From Acidobacteriota bacterium (GTDB taxonomy: Bacteria; Acidobacteriota; Vicinamibacteria; Vicinamibacterales; UBA2999): 52,155 bases of DNA. The notes beneath the pieces were generated by a model, which was not told the origin of the DNA, made no database searches, and saw only the letters and a list, made by a program, of their open reading frames with translations. The translations under genes were made by a program, and so were the position numbers. Of the stretch, positions 33,758-42,344 are shown piece after piece. Location: positions 1 through 52,155 of the forward strand of contig JANMUX010000043.1 of assembly GCA_031392125.1 (NCBI GenBank), written 5' to 3'. Positions within the stretch are counted from its first letter, which is position 1. Each line of letters opens with the position of its first letter.

Positions 33758-34354
33758 GTGGAGTACCTCATCAAGCAATACGCGCTCGAACCGGGCGCGT
33801 TAGAGATCCAGTACATCGAGGAATACTTCGGCGAGTTCCCTCGCCGCAAGACGGCCGCGGAGATCATCGAGCGGTTGCACGAACGCGAATCTCTGATCCT
33901 GATGGCCGAGGCGCCTCTCCCGGATGATCCCTCGGGCGCCCTGGTGCCCGTCTCGTACAAGATCGTCCACGAGATTCGCCACAATGAATCGGTGCCCAAG
34001 CTTCGTGACCTAGTGGACCGGTTGACGGGTTCCGTAACCTTCGACGGCCGTCGCATCCTTTACTCGTGGATCGGCGGCACGCGGCGCGACTGGCGCGGCC
34101 AGGGCCACTTCCGCGCGCTCACCGAAGAGTCCGAGGTATGGGCGCACGCTGCCGGCTTCGAGGAAGTGGTCGTCAAGACCAAGAACCGTTACTACGACAT
34201 GCGAGCGGTGCTCGCGCAGCTGCATTTCAACGTCGTCAAGCACGAGCCAAATCACGCGGACAGTGCCGAGTCGAAGGTCTACCTGAGCAAGCCGCTGCCG
34301 GCGGAACTGGCGCGGCGCCACCGCAGCGTTCGCACCGTCGTTTATTCAGAGTAG
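33758..34354 (+). CDS. GNAT-like acetyltransferase (putative)
   Basis: 'GGTRRDWRGQGHFRALTEESEVWAHAAGFEEVVVKTKNRYYDMRAVLAQLHFNVV' fits GNAT motif A and B. GTG at 33758 is the first in-frame start after the sigma-factor stop. Confidence 0.45.
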   Translation: MEYLIKQYALEPGALEIQYIEEYFGEFPRRKTAAEIIERLHERESLILMAEAPLPDDPSGALVPVSYKIVHEIRHNESVPKLRDLVDRLTGSVTFDGRRILYSWIGGTRRDWRGQGHFRALTEESEVWAHAAGFEEVVVKTKNRYYDMRAVLAQLHFNVVKHEPNHADSAESKVYLSKPLPAELARRHRSVRTVVYSE

Positions 34355-34373
34355 CGGCATTAAACCGCGCCGC

Positions 34374-35789
34374 TCACTTGCCTGGTTTGGAAACAACAAA
34401 CGCTGGCGCGGCAATCGCTGTCGCGCATGATTGATCCAGGCCCGCGGCCGAACCTTTCTCGAGGAAAGTTGCGAACAAGGCACCGACACAAGCCTCGGCG
34501 TTGCCAATCGGATGCCCGTTGTTGCGGATGATCACGTGTGTGCCGTTCGACAAGGTGCGGAGCACTTCGTCTCCTCCCGCCGGCGGCGTCACGGGATCCA
34601 GTTGCCCAGACAGCATCAACGTGGCCGTCGCCGAGCGAGTTGGTTGCCGGTGGGCGTTCGAGACAGTTCCCCGAGGCCATACGGCGCACGCGGCGGTTTG
34701 TTGCTGAAGGCGGTAATCACCGCCGAATGTGCCGGCGGCCAGCGCGCCCGCGTTCTTCGCCAGATAGGGGACATCCTCGGTACAGGTCACCGAAAGGAAG
34801 AAGCCGGCGGCCAGACGCTCGCCGCCGAGCACGGTGCGTCCCGCGAGAGCAGTTTCGGTGAGGCTTCTGTCGTCGCCGTCGAGCAACTGCCGGACCAGTT
34901 TCGGTGTTTGCGCCGCACTCTCGGGTGTGTAGAGCATGTTGCGAAACGCTTCGGCAAACAACCCGCGCGTGACCTTCACCGATGTTGCCGGGCGGGCCGA
35001 GCCCGCGGGCAGCGTGAGGACCGGCGACGCTTTCTCCAGGCGAGCCAGCAGTGAGCGAAAGTCGGCATCGAGCATCGGGAACGCGCGCCGGCAGTGATCG
35101 TCTTCGTTGCAACGCGCCACCAGTGCCCTCCAGGCGTCGTCTCCTGCGCGCGCATGGGTTTCAGGCATCGCCATCGACGGCGGCACGATCCCTTTCATGG
35201 TGACCGCTCGCAAGCTGCCCGGGTGGCGCCGCATGTAGACCTGGGCGACGCGACTGCCGTATGACGTGCCATAAAGATTGATTGGCCCATAGCCGAGAGC
35301 CTGCCGTACCTCTTCGAGATCGTCGACCGCGATCTCCGTGGTGTAGCGAGTGAGGTCGGCGGTTCGCTCGAGTCGAGTTCGGCAAGCCATCACCGCCGGC
35401 ACGCTTAGCAGGTCGGCATCAAAGGCCCCCGATGGACCTGGCTTCGCCAATTCGGGACACGTCAGCGCACCCGACCTCCCGGTGCCACGCAAGTCGATGA
35501 ACACAAGGTCACGGTTCTTGCGAATCTCGCTGAACGCGCGGCTGAAGAAACGCGCGTTGAAAGAGGGCGCATCGCCGGGACCTCCCGAAAGGGTGAACAA
35601 GGGATCAGGCCGGCGCTCAGGCGTGGTCGCACTGAGGACGATGATCGAGAGATCGATCTGCCGTCCTTGCTTGGCGTCACGGTTTTCCCAGACGCGGTGC
35701 GTGCCGCAGCGGGCTTCGCCCGCCACTCCTTCAATCACGCACGGCGCGAGAACAACCTGCGCCGCCATCGCGAGCGCCGGCAGGATCAT
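34374..35789 (-). CDS. alpha/beta hydrolase (TAP-like/prolyl-tripeptidyl aminopeptidase family), secreted
   Basis: 'LSGGPGD', nucleophile elbow 'LYGTSYGSRVAQ', C-terminal 'MLSGQLDPVTP' and 'GHP'. ATGA overlap with the upstream M56 gene. Confidence 0.7.
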   Translation of the reverse strand: MILPALAMAAQVVLAPCVIEGVAGEARCGTHRVWENRDAKQGRQIDLSIIVLSATTPERRPDPLFTLSGGPGDAPSFNARFFSRAFSEIRKNRDLVFIDLRGTGRSGALTCPELAKPGPSGAFDADLLSVPAVMACRTRLERTADLTRYTTEIAVDDLEEVRQALGYGPINLYGTSYGSRVAQVYMRRHPGSLRAVTMKGIVPPSMAMPETHARAGDDAWRALVARCNEDDHCRRAFPMLDADFRSLLARLEKASPVLTLPAGSARPATSVKVTRGLFAEAFRNMLYTPESAAQTPKLVRQLLDGDDRSLTETALAGRTVLGGERLAAGFFLSVTCTEDVPYLAKNAGALAAGTFGGDYRLQQQTAACAVWPRGTVSNAHRQPTRSATATLMLSGQLDPVTPPAGGDEVLRTLSNGTHVIIRNNGHPIGNAEACVGALFATFLEKGSAAGLDQSCATAIAAPAFVVSKPGK

Positions 35790-37135
35790 TTCCGCAGCCC
35801 CAACAGCACTAGTCCAGCGACCGCTTTTTCGCGCACTTGTGGATCCGGATCGCCCGTCGCGGTCTTTAACGCGTTGAGGGCACGCGGGTCGCCGCTGGCG
35901 CCAAGGGCAATGGCCGCTTTCTCACGAACCTGGCCGTCCTGATCGGTGATCGCCGCCAGTAACGGTTCGATGATTCGCGGATCCCGGCGGAAGGCCAGGC
36001 CCATCGCCGCTTTCTCGCGCACCTGCGAATCGCGGTCCTGTAGAGCCGTCAACAGCGGAGCGATGACGACGTCGCCAGGTGTGAGGGCGAGCCCCATGGC
36101 CGCCTGCTCACGCACCTGGCTGCTGGCGTCGCCCAAGGCACTGACCAGGAGGTCGGTGAGCCCTGTGACAATTTGCCTGTCGTCCGGCTGCATTTCCTCC
36201 CTTGCTGGTTGCGCGCCGAGAATGGCGGTGGCAAAGGCCGCCAGTGCGGCGCACACCAGCCAACCTGTCGAGCGGCGTGGTGTGCGAACCACGTCGGCGA
36301 GGATCATCAGCAGCCTGCCCTCGACTGCTGAGGGCCGCGCCATACTAAGAGCGGTGGCCGGAGTGGACGAAGCGGGATGCCGCGCGATGTCGAGCAGTAA
36401 CGCCGCATAGGCCGAGGGCTTCACCCCCGCGCGCAGCACCTCGTCATCACAGACGCGCTCGCGTTCGCGCGCCAAACTGGCAGCGGCGTACCACACAAGG
36501 GGATTAAACCAATAGATCGCGCAGGCCAATTGCGCCACTGCCAGCGTGCTGCGGTCGCGGCGTCGAATGTGGGTCAGCTCGTGGACAAACGCCGCCTGCC
36601 GGTCGTCCGTCGTCCACTGCGCGGCCGCCGCCGGCATCATCACCACTGAACGGAACAATCCGGCGACATGCGGACTGCCGTCGGTCACAGTGACTCGCAC
36701 GTCGACGGCGCCTCGATAGCCAAGGCGTGCCGCCACGTTCCGAGCTTCCGACACCCATTCTCCAGGCGCCGGCCGCGACCCGCGCTTGACCGAAAGTCCG
36801 CTTGCGAGCCAACAGAAAAGGAACCAGGAGCCTACAGACAGGGTGCCTATGGTGCCTATGGTGCCAAGGGTGCCGCTGTCGAAATCCCCGTGGGTAGTTG
36901 CAACTTGCACTTCAGGCACCTTAGGCCCGCTAGGCACCCTAGGCACGTTAATCACCATCGGCACACTGAACCTTGGCGCGAGCGGAGTAACAATCGGCGC
37001 GAGCAGAACGAGCCCGATCGCCAATTGCCACACGAGGTGGCGAGTGGACGGCGCTGCGCGGTGCAGCAGCCGCGTCAACAGGGTCGCCACAGCCAGCAGG
37101 GCCGTCGTCCGGAGGATGAGCTCGAGATTCATCAA
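35786..37135 (-). CDS. M56-family (BlaR1/MecR1-like) membrane metalloprotease sensor with C-terminal HEAT repeats
   Basis: 'FVHELTHIRRRDR' HExxH zincin motif after N-terminal TM helices. Four C-terminal 'D.(D/S).QVREKAA.(G/A)L' HEAT-like repeats replace a penicillin-binding sensor domain. 4-nt overlap with blaI-like gene upstream. Confidence 0.8.
   Translation of the reverse strand: MMNLELILRTTALLAVATLLTRLLHRAAPSTRHLVWQLAIGLVLLAPIVTPLAPRFSVPMVINVPRVPSGPKVPEVQVATTHGDFDSGTLGTIGTIGTLSVGSWFLFCWLASGLSVKRGSRPAPGEWVSEARNVAARLGYRGAVDVRVTVTDGSPHVAGLFRSVVMMPAAAAQWTTDDRQAAFVHELTHIRRRDRSTLAVAQLACAIYWFNPLVWYAAASLARERERVCDDEVLRAGVKPSAYAALLLDIARHPASSTPATALSMARPSAVEGRLLMILADVVRTPRRSTGWLVCAALAAFATAILGAQPAREEMQPDDRQIVTGLTDLLVSALGDASSQVREQAAMGLALTPGDVVIAPLLTALQDRDSQVREKAAMGLAFRRDPRIIEPLLAAITDQDGQVREKAAIALGASGDPRALNALKTATGDPDPQVREKAVAGLVLLGLRK
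36842..36947. repeat. inverted pair of 4x 9-bp tandem repeats (GGTGCCTAN family) embedded in frame in the M56 gene
   Basis: Left arm 36842-36877: GGTGCCTAT GGTGCCTAT GGTGCCAAG GGTGCCGCT. Right arm 36912-36947: TCAGGCACC TTAGGCCCG CTAGGCACC CTAGGCACG, the reverse complement of GGTGCCTAN-type units. The spacer contains the perfect palindrome AGTTGCAACT (36896-36905). Confidence 0.85.
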
Positions 37136-37509
37136 CGTCCTTCTTTCCGCGCCCGCGCGATCAAAGACGACAACTTCTCCAGCTCGTCGTCGGATAGCGA
37201 TCCGGAGTCAACCAAGGCCGCGGCGGCGTGAGCCGCCGAACCATCGAAAAAGGTTTTGACGATGCGACTGAGGGCTGAGTTGCGCGCCTTCTCCCGCGGC
37301 ACCGTCGGCAGGTAAACGTAGCGCGTGCCCTGGGCTTCGTGGCGAGCATGTCCTTTCTCCTCGAGGATGCGCAGTAACGCGCGGACCGCCGAGTAGCTGG
37401 GAGGATCAGGCAACGCCTCCTGCACTTCGGCAGCGCTCGCCGTGCCTTTCGTGTAGAGGATGTCGAGGATCTGTCGTTCTCGCCGAGAGAGGGGGTCATT
37501 CGTGGCCAT
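37132..37509 (-). CDS. BlaI/MecI/CopY-family transcriptional repressor
   Basis: 125 aa. Winged-helix N-terminus 'LSRRERQILDILYTKGTASAAEVQEAL...YSAVRALLRILEEKGH'. Paired with the M56 sensor-protease. Confidence 0.85.
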   Translation of the reverse strand: MATNDPLSRRERQILDILYTKGTASAAEVQEALPDPPSYSAVRALLRILEEKGHARHEAQGTRYVYLPTVPREKARNSALSRIVKTFFDGSAAHAAAALVDSGSLSDDELEKLSSLIARARKEGR

Positions 37510-37636
37510 GCTAAAAATTCAGCACCTGCTGTTTATTTAGCACGTCCCTCATTCCTGATGCAACTGTTGCCGCCGACCAGTCCGGTCGTATATGCTCAAC
37601 GCTGGACTTGAGATTGAATCTCAGGATGACGGCCTT

Positions 37637-38422
37637 ATGCTTCAAGCGTTTGTGATCACTCTCCGGGAAGGCCTCGAGGCCTTCCTCATCATTGCCATCA
37701 GCCTGGCCTATCTTCGCAAGAGCGGCCGTCGGGAACTGATTCCCGCCGTCCATTGGGGGATTGGGCTGTCGGTGCTGTTAAGCGTCGGAGCGGCGTACCT
37801 GTTTCAGCAGGCGTCGAACCAGGCGTTATGGGAAGGTGTGCTGGCGCTGGCCGCCGCCGTCTCGGTGGCGTCGCTGACGGTGCACATGTGGCGCACCGCC
37901 AAGAAGATCAAGGGCGAGATTGAGGGCCAGTTACGGACCTCGGCTGAGAAGACCGGCATGGCGGCCTGGCTTGGCGTGTTCTTCTTCACGCTGCTCATGA
38001 TCTCGCGCGAGGGGATGGAGACTGCGTTGCTGATGGGCACCTTGCTCACGCAGGTGCAGACCATGTCGATTCTCGCGGGCGCGGTGGCCGGCACGCTCAG
38101 CGCCGCGGCGGTCGCGGCCATGTGGTCGCGCTACGGCCATCGCGTGAACCTCGCCCTGTTCTTCCAGGTGACGGCGATCTTCTTGATGGTATTCGTGGTG
38201 CAGTTGCTGATTTATGGCTTCCACGAACTGACCGAGGCCAACCTGTTCCCGGGCAGCGAGGCATTGCACTGGGCCACCGAGCCGTACGGTCCTGACGGCG
38301 CATATGGGCAGTACCTCACTTACCTGCTGGTCGCTGTGCCCCTGGGCTGGTTGCTGTTCGCGATGGTCACAGGCGTCGGCCGTCCGCCGGTCCGCCCACT
38401 GACCTCCGAACGACCTGCGTAG
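37637..38422 (+). CDS. FTR1-family iron permease
   Basis: Two REXXE motifs, 'TLREGLEAFLI' and 'SREGMETALL', in a 7-TM protein. ATG at 37637 places the first motif at the usual N-terminal position. Confidence 0.75.
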   Translation: MLQAFVITLREGLEAFLIIAISLAYLRKSGRRELIPAVHWGIGLSVLLSVGAAYLFQQASNQALWEGVLALAAAVSVASLTVHMWRTAKKIKGEIEGQLRTSAEKTGMAAWLGVFFFTLLMISREGMETALLMGTLLTQVQTMSILAGAVAGTLSAAAVAAMWSRYGHRVNLALFFQVTAIFLMVFVVQLLIYGFHELTEANLFPGSEALHWATEPYGPDGAYGQYLTYLLVAVPLGWLLFAMVTGVGRPPVRPLTSERPA

Positions 38423-38442
38423 ATCATCCCTATACTGTTGGC

Positions 38443-38847
38443 GTGAAACCGCCAATTACCGCCACGCTGACCTGGCAGGGCGATCTGCGCTTTGCCGCCC
38501 GCACCGGCAGTTCCGAAATCGTGCTCGACAGCGACAGTAGTGCCGGGCCGTCGCCGCCACAGGCGCTCGCCATCGCCCTGGCCGGCTGCATGGCGATCGA
38601 CGTCGCCGACATCGTGACCAAGGGCCGGCATGTGTTCAGTGCGCTCGAGGCCACTATCGTCGGCGAGCGCAAGGCCGACCCGCCGAGCCACTTCGTACGC
38701 TTCACCCTCCACTTCATCATCACCGGGAATGTGCCCGCCTTTGCCGTCGAGCGCGCGACGTTGTTGTCGCGAGAAAAGTACTGCTCGGTGTGGCACTCAC
38801 TCCGGCAGGACATCCAGTTCGATACCTCGTTCGAGGTTCGGCCCTGA
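38443..38847 (+). CDS. OsmC-family protein
   Basis: 134 aa with the two conserved Cys contexts 'LAGCMAIDV' and 'SREKYCSVWHSL'. Confidence 0.7.
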   Translation: MKPPITATLTWQGDLRFAARTGSSEIVLDSDSSAGPSPPQALAIALAGCMAIDVADIVTKGRHVFSALEATIVGERKADPPSHFVRFTLHFIITGNVPAFAVERATLLSREKYCSVWHSLRQDIQFDTSFEVRP

Positions 38848-39953
38848 GCGCACCGGATCGCAAGGTCTATCTCGATTGGCTCCGTGGTGTCGCCGTGATC
38901 GTGATGGTCGGTGCGCACGTCAACGACGCCTGGACGCGCGACGCCGATCGCCAGAGCGGCCTCTACATGGTGACGGTGTTCATTGCCGGCCTGGCCTCGC
39001 CGCTGTTCCTGTTCCTGGCCGGCCTCTCGCTGTCGATGGCAGCCTCGTTGCGGGCGACCACCATTGGGCACGCCACCGCGGCGCGGATGGCATTCAAGCG
39101 GGGCGCGCAGGTGCTGGCGCTCGCGTTCCTCTTTCGCCTGCAGTCGCAACTGCTCGGCTGGGGCGCGCTGGCCAACTTCCTGAAGGTCGACATCCTCAAC
39201 GTGATGGGCGTAACGATGATGGCCGCCGCGCTGTTGTGGGCCGCATCGCAATCCCGCGTGGTGAGGGTCGCGCTGTTTGCGCTCGCCACGATAGCAGTGG
39301 CGATGAGCACACCATTGGTGCGTGAGGCCGGCGCGCTGGCGGCCTTGCCGGATCCGCTCGAGGCCTACATTCGGCCCATTCCTGGCCGGACGACCTTCGC
39401 GCTCTTCCCGTGGGCCGGATTTCTGCTGGCGGGCAGCATCGCAGGCGAGCTGATTCACGCTGCCAGGTCGCGCACGCTGGAGATTCGGCTGCAGATTGGG
39501 CTGTTCGTCTGCGGCGTCGCGGGCATGGCGCTAGGCTACGCCGCCTCCTTTCAGCCTTCGATCTATCCGGTCGCTAACTTCTGGACGAGCTCGCCGACCT
39601 TCTTCTTCATTCGTTTAGGGGTCTGCGCCGCACTGGTGCCGTTCGCTCGAGCCATCGACCTGTTTCACGTCTTCATGCGCACAACTTTCCCGGGCAGCTT
39701 CTCGCCTGACACCCCCGGCCGCGTCACTGCAACGCTGGGACGGGCGTCGTTGTTCGTGTACTGGATTCACGTCGAGATGGTTTACGGCGTGCTGGGCCGA
39801 CCCCTTCGCCGCACCTTGCCGCTCGAGGCCTCGCTGATGGCGATGATGGTGCTGTGCCTGGTCCTTTACGCGATCGTGCTGTGGAAGGACCGGCTCATGG
39901 TCGGCGTGAAGCTGACCGGCCCGTTCCGGGTGTTCGCGCCGGTCCTCAAGTAG
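38790..39953 (+). CDS. DUF1624/heparan-alpha-glucosaminide N-acetyltransferase-like membrane acyltransferase
   Basis: 'RKVYLDWLRGVAVIVMVGAHV' is the family's N-terminal motif, followed by about 9 TM helices. Start is uncertain: GTG 38790 overlaps the OsmC gene by 58 nt, and the alternative CTG 38844 is a rare start codon. Confidence 0.6.
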   Translation: MALTPAGHPVRYLVRGSALSAPDRKVYLDWLRGVAVIVMVGAHVNDAWTRDADRQSGLYMVTVFIAGLASPLFLFLAGLSLSMAASLRATTIGHATAARMAFKRGAQVLALAFLFRLQSQLLGWGALANFLKVDILNVMGVTMMAAALLWAASQSRVVRVALFALATIAVAMSTPLVREAGALAALPDPLEAYIRPIPGRTTFALFPWAGFLLAGSIAGELIHAARSRTLEIRLQIGLFVCGVAGMALGYAASFQPSIYPVANFWTSSPTFFFIRLGVCAALVPFARAIDLFHVFMRTTFPGSFSPDTPGRVTATLGRASLFVYWIHVEMVYGVLGRPLRRTLPLEASLMAMMVLCLVLYAIVLWKDRLMVGVKLTGPFRVFAPVLK

Positions 39954-39994
39954 ACGGCCCACTGGCCCCCGAGCGGGCGCCGCGAGTCGAAGGG

Positions 39995-42241
39995 CTAGAA
40001 CGCCAGCAGGTAAGTCATTTTCGCGATTACCGCGCGGCTGATCAGCGCGCCGCTCCGCGAGTCGTGCCGCTCGTTGTAGACCAGGTACAGGTCACTGAGC
40101 GGCCGATGAATGATGTCGAGCCGCACGTTCGAGCTCCACTGGCTGGTGTCGGTGTTGTACTGCACCAGCGCGTTCACGAACACCTTGGTGCTGAAGTAGT
40201 AGTTGACCCTGGCCGTCAGCAGGTTGGTGACGAACGAGCCGGATGACAGGTCGATGTCATTGATCGAGTCGCTCAGCGACACGTTGAGGTGCTCGTTCAT
40301 CCGGTAGGTGCCGCCAACCGTGTAGCTGCGTCGGTAGCCATCATAGAAGTCGCCAATACCGTAGCGGATGTTCATCGAGAACGGCGCGGCACTGTTGGTG
40401 TTGGCGAGCAGGAAGTGTTCCTTGAACTCGTAGCGGCCCGGGTCGACGTAGATCCCGCGCCGGCTGTTGATGGTGAAGCGGTCGTCGATGATCTCGACGT
40501 TGGGATTGGTGCCGACTTCGATAAACGAACTATTCTGCAGCGTGATCGGCCAGTGCCAGTCCATGTAGCGCGATTCCAGCCCGCCGTTGTTCCGCTTGCT
40601 GAAGTTTTCGATCTGGAAGTGCGGGAAGGTTTCCCGCAGCCAACCCTGCAGGCGCTTGATCCGGATGTGGGTGCCGAGGAAAAACTCGGCGTTGTCGACG
40701 CCCAGTCGCGGCACAAAGCCCATCTCGTCGTTGAACCGCGAGCCAATCGTCTGGTATGCGCCGCGGGTTTCCCAGAAGTCGCTGCGATAGCCGAAGCTGC
40801 TCTTCGAGTACCAGTCGTCGCCGCTGCCCGGCAAGCGAGAAGCCGGAGTGTCGCTCTTGGCGCCGGCGAAATTGAGCGTCAGGTCACGGAAGAAGCGGAA
40901 GTTGGCATCGGCGCCGAAGGCACGGTTGTGGTCGGCGCCATTCGGATCCTTGTTGAGCATCATCACGCCGACGTCGGAGTTGGCGAGGATGTCGCGACGC
41001 AGCCGCAGCGCCGTGAAGTTGGTCGACGGACTCAGGTTCTTCTCGCGCTGTTGGATGTTGAGCGCGCCCACTGACCATCCGCCGACCCGGCCCGTCAGGC
41101 GGGTGCCGGCCAACAGCGGGATGGCATCGCCGCTCGGCGAGAGGCCGATCTGCCGGCTGAAGAAGAAGATCATGTCCTGCGAGGCATTCTGACGTCCGCC
41201 TCCGCCGCCACCTCCGCCGCCGCCCTGGCTGCCGGCGCCGAACTGGAACACGCCTGAATTCTCGAGGAAGAAATCGCGCTTCTCAGGAAAAAACAGATTG
41301 AAGCGGGTCAGATTCACCTGCTGCTCGTCGGCCTCGACCTGCGAGAAATCGGTGTTGACGGTGAAGTCCCAGGTCAGTCCCGAGGTCACGCCGTACTTGA
41401 CGTCGAAGCCGGCATCGTACTCGCGATCGACATCCAGGCCCGACAGCTTGTTGAAGTTGGCGAGCGCGTAGGGCTTGACGCGGATGTTCGAGCCCGGCCG
41501 CAGGCCCTGCAGGCCCTCGACCGTGCCTGCCATCGAGACCCGCGACAACTGGTGGATACGGCGCAGCGGCGACCAGTAGCTGTTCTCGTTTCGGCGCCTG
41601 AGGCGTCGCTGAAAGTTAATCCCCCAGGTCTGCATGGCGTCGGGACCAAACTTCAGCGTCTTGAACGGGATCTCGATCTCGGCGTACCAGCCGTCGTCGC
41701 CGATGCGCGTGCCGACGTCCCAGATGCCATCCCAGTTGGCATTCTGGTCGCGGCCTTCGTTCGACATCTGCGAATCCCACTTCGCCCCCATCGGGTTAAT
41801 GGCGAACTGGTACCCGTTGCGCTCGTCGTGGAAGGTATCGATTACCACCTGGAAGCCGTCCGCCGACCCGGTATTGAAGTCTTTGCGCAGCTCGTTGACG
41901 ATAATCTGGCCCGGTTCGGGATCCCTGGCGAACACGCCGATGTAGAGCGCGCGGTCGTCGTAGAGCAACTTGACTTCGGTGTCGTAAGTGGCCGGCTCGC
42001 CCTCTCGCGGATCGTTCTGCACGAACCCCTTGGCCACCGGCGCCGCCGCCCACGACGGCTCGTCGAGCCGGCCGTCGAGCGCGATCGGCCCCTGGGACGG
42101 CGTCGCCTGCATGCGCCTGTCGCGCCGCGCCGTGTCGTAATCAATCCCGCCGTTCTGGGAAGACTGGGCTGCCGCGGTCCCGGCCGACACCAGGAGTACC
42201 GCGCAAGCGAAAAAGCGAACGAGTGGCGTCATCAAAGTCAT
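39995..42241 (-). CDS. DUF5916 / carbohydrate-binding family-9-like outer-membrane protein
   Basis: 'DGRLDEPSWAAAPVAKGFVQNDPREGEPATYDTEVKLLYDDRALYIGV' is CBM9-like. A long beta-rich C-terminal part ends in an aromatic residue ('...MTYLLAF'). Signal peptide from ATG 42241 or 42232 ('MTLMTPLVRFFACAVLLVSAGTAAAQ'). Confidence 0.65.
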   Translation of the reverse strand: MTLMTPLVRFFACAVLLVSAGTAAAQSSQNGGIDYDTARRDRRMQATPSQGPIALDGRLDEPSWAAAPVAKGFVQNDPREGEPATYDTEVKLLYDDRALYIGVFARDPEPGQIIVNELRKDFNTGSADGFQVVIDTFHDERNGYQFAINPMGAKWDSQMSNEGRDQNANWDGIWDVGTRIGDDGWYAEIEIPFKTLKFGPDAMQTWGINFQRRLRRRNENSYWSPLRRIHQLSRVSMAGTVEGLQGLRPGSNIRVKPYALANFNKLSGLDVDREYDAGFDVKYGVTSGLTWDFTVNTDFSQVEADEQQVNLTRFNLFFPEKRDFFLENSGVFQFGAGSQGGGGGGGGGGRQNASQDMIFFFSRQIGLSPSGDAIPLLAGTRLTGRVGGWSVGALNIQQREKNLSPSTNFTALRLRRDILANSDVGVMMLNKDPNGADHNRAFGADANFRFFRDLTLNFAGAKSDTPASRLPGSGDDWYSKSSFGYRSDFWETRGAYQTIGSRFNDEMGFVPRLGVDNAEFFLGTHIRIKRLQGWLRETFPHFQIENFSKRNNGGLESRYMDWHWPITLQNSSFIEVGTNPNVEIIDDRFTINSRRGIYVDPGRYEFKEHFLLANTNSAAPFSMNIRYGIGDFYDGYRRSYTVGGTYRMNEHLNVSLSDSINDIDLSSGSFVTNLLTARVNYYFSTKVFVNALVQYNTDTSQWSSNVRLDIIHRPLSDLYLVYNERHDSRSGALISRAVIAKMTYLLAF

Positions 42242-42318
42242 GAGCAGTAGTCTGTGTGGCGAACGGGAACCGTGTATCGTGGCCCGGAACCGCACGACCG
42301 AATGTAACTAGATGTAAA

Positions 42319-42331
42319 GGTGCCAGGCACC
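42319..42331. promoter_or_regulatory. 13-nt perfect palindrome GGTGCC-A-GGCACC 14 nt upstream of the M24 gene start
   Basis: Read directly at 42319-42331 in the divergent intergenic region. The loop is too tight for an RNA hairpin, so a dimeric DNA-binding site is the more likely explanation. Confidence 0.3.
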
Positions 42332-42344
42332 GATCCAGGGGATT

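Noticed and set aside
37510-37636. Possible BlaI operator (two AGCAC motifs, 22 bp apart start-to-start, in TTCAGCACCTGCTGTTTATTTAGCACGTCC)
   Set aside because: No TACA/TGTA-type dyad typical of BlaI/MecI/CopY operators is visible. A direct repeat of a 5-mer is too weak to call.
38430-39458. 342-aa minus-strand ORF opposite the OsmC and DUF1624 genes
   Set aside because: Arg/Gln/His-rich shadow ORF opposite two plausible genes.
41196-41224. GCC/TCC-rich run (CCGCCTCCGCCGCCACCTCCGCCGCCGCC)
   Set aside because: It encodes a poly-Gly loop ('GGGGGGGGGG') in the DUF5916 barrel protein. This is low-complexity coding sequence and not a regulatory element.
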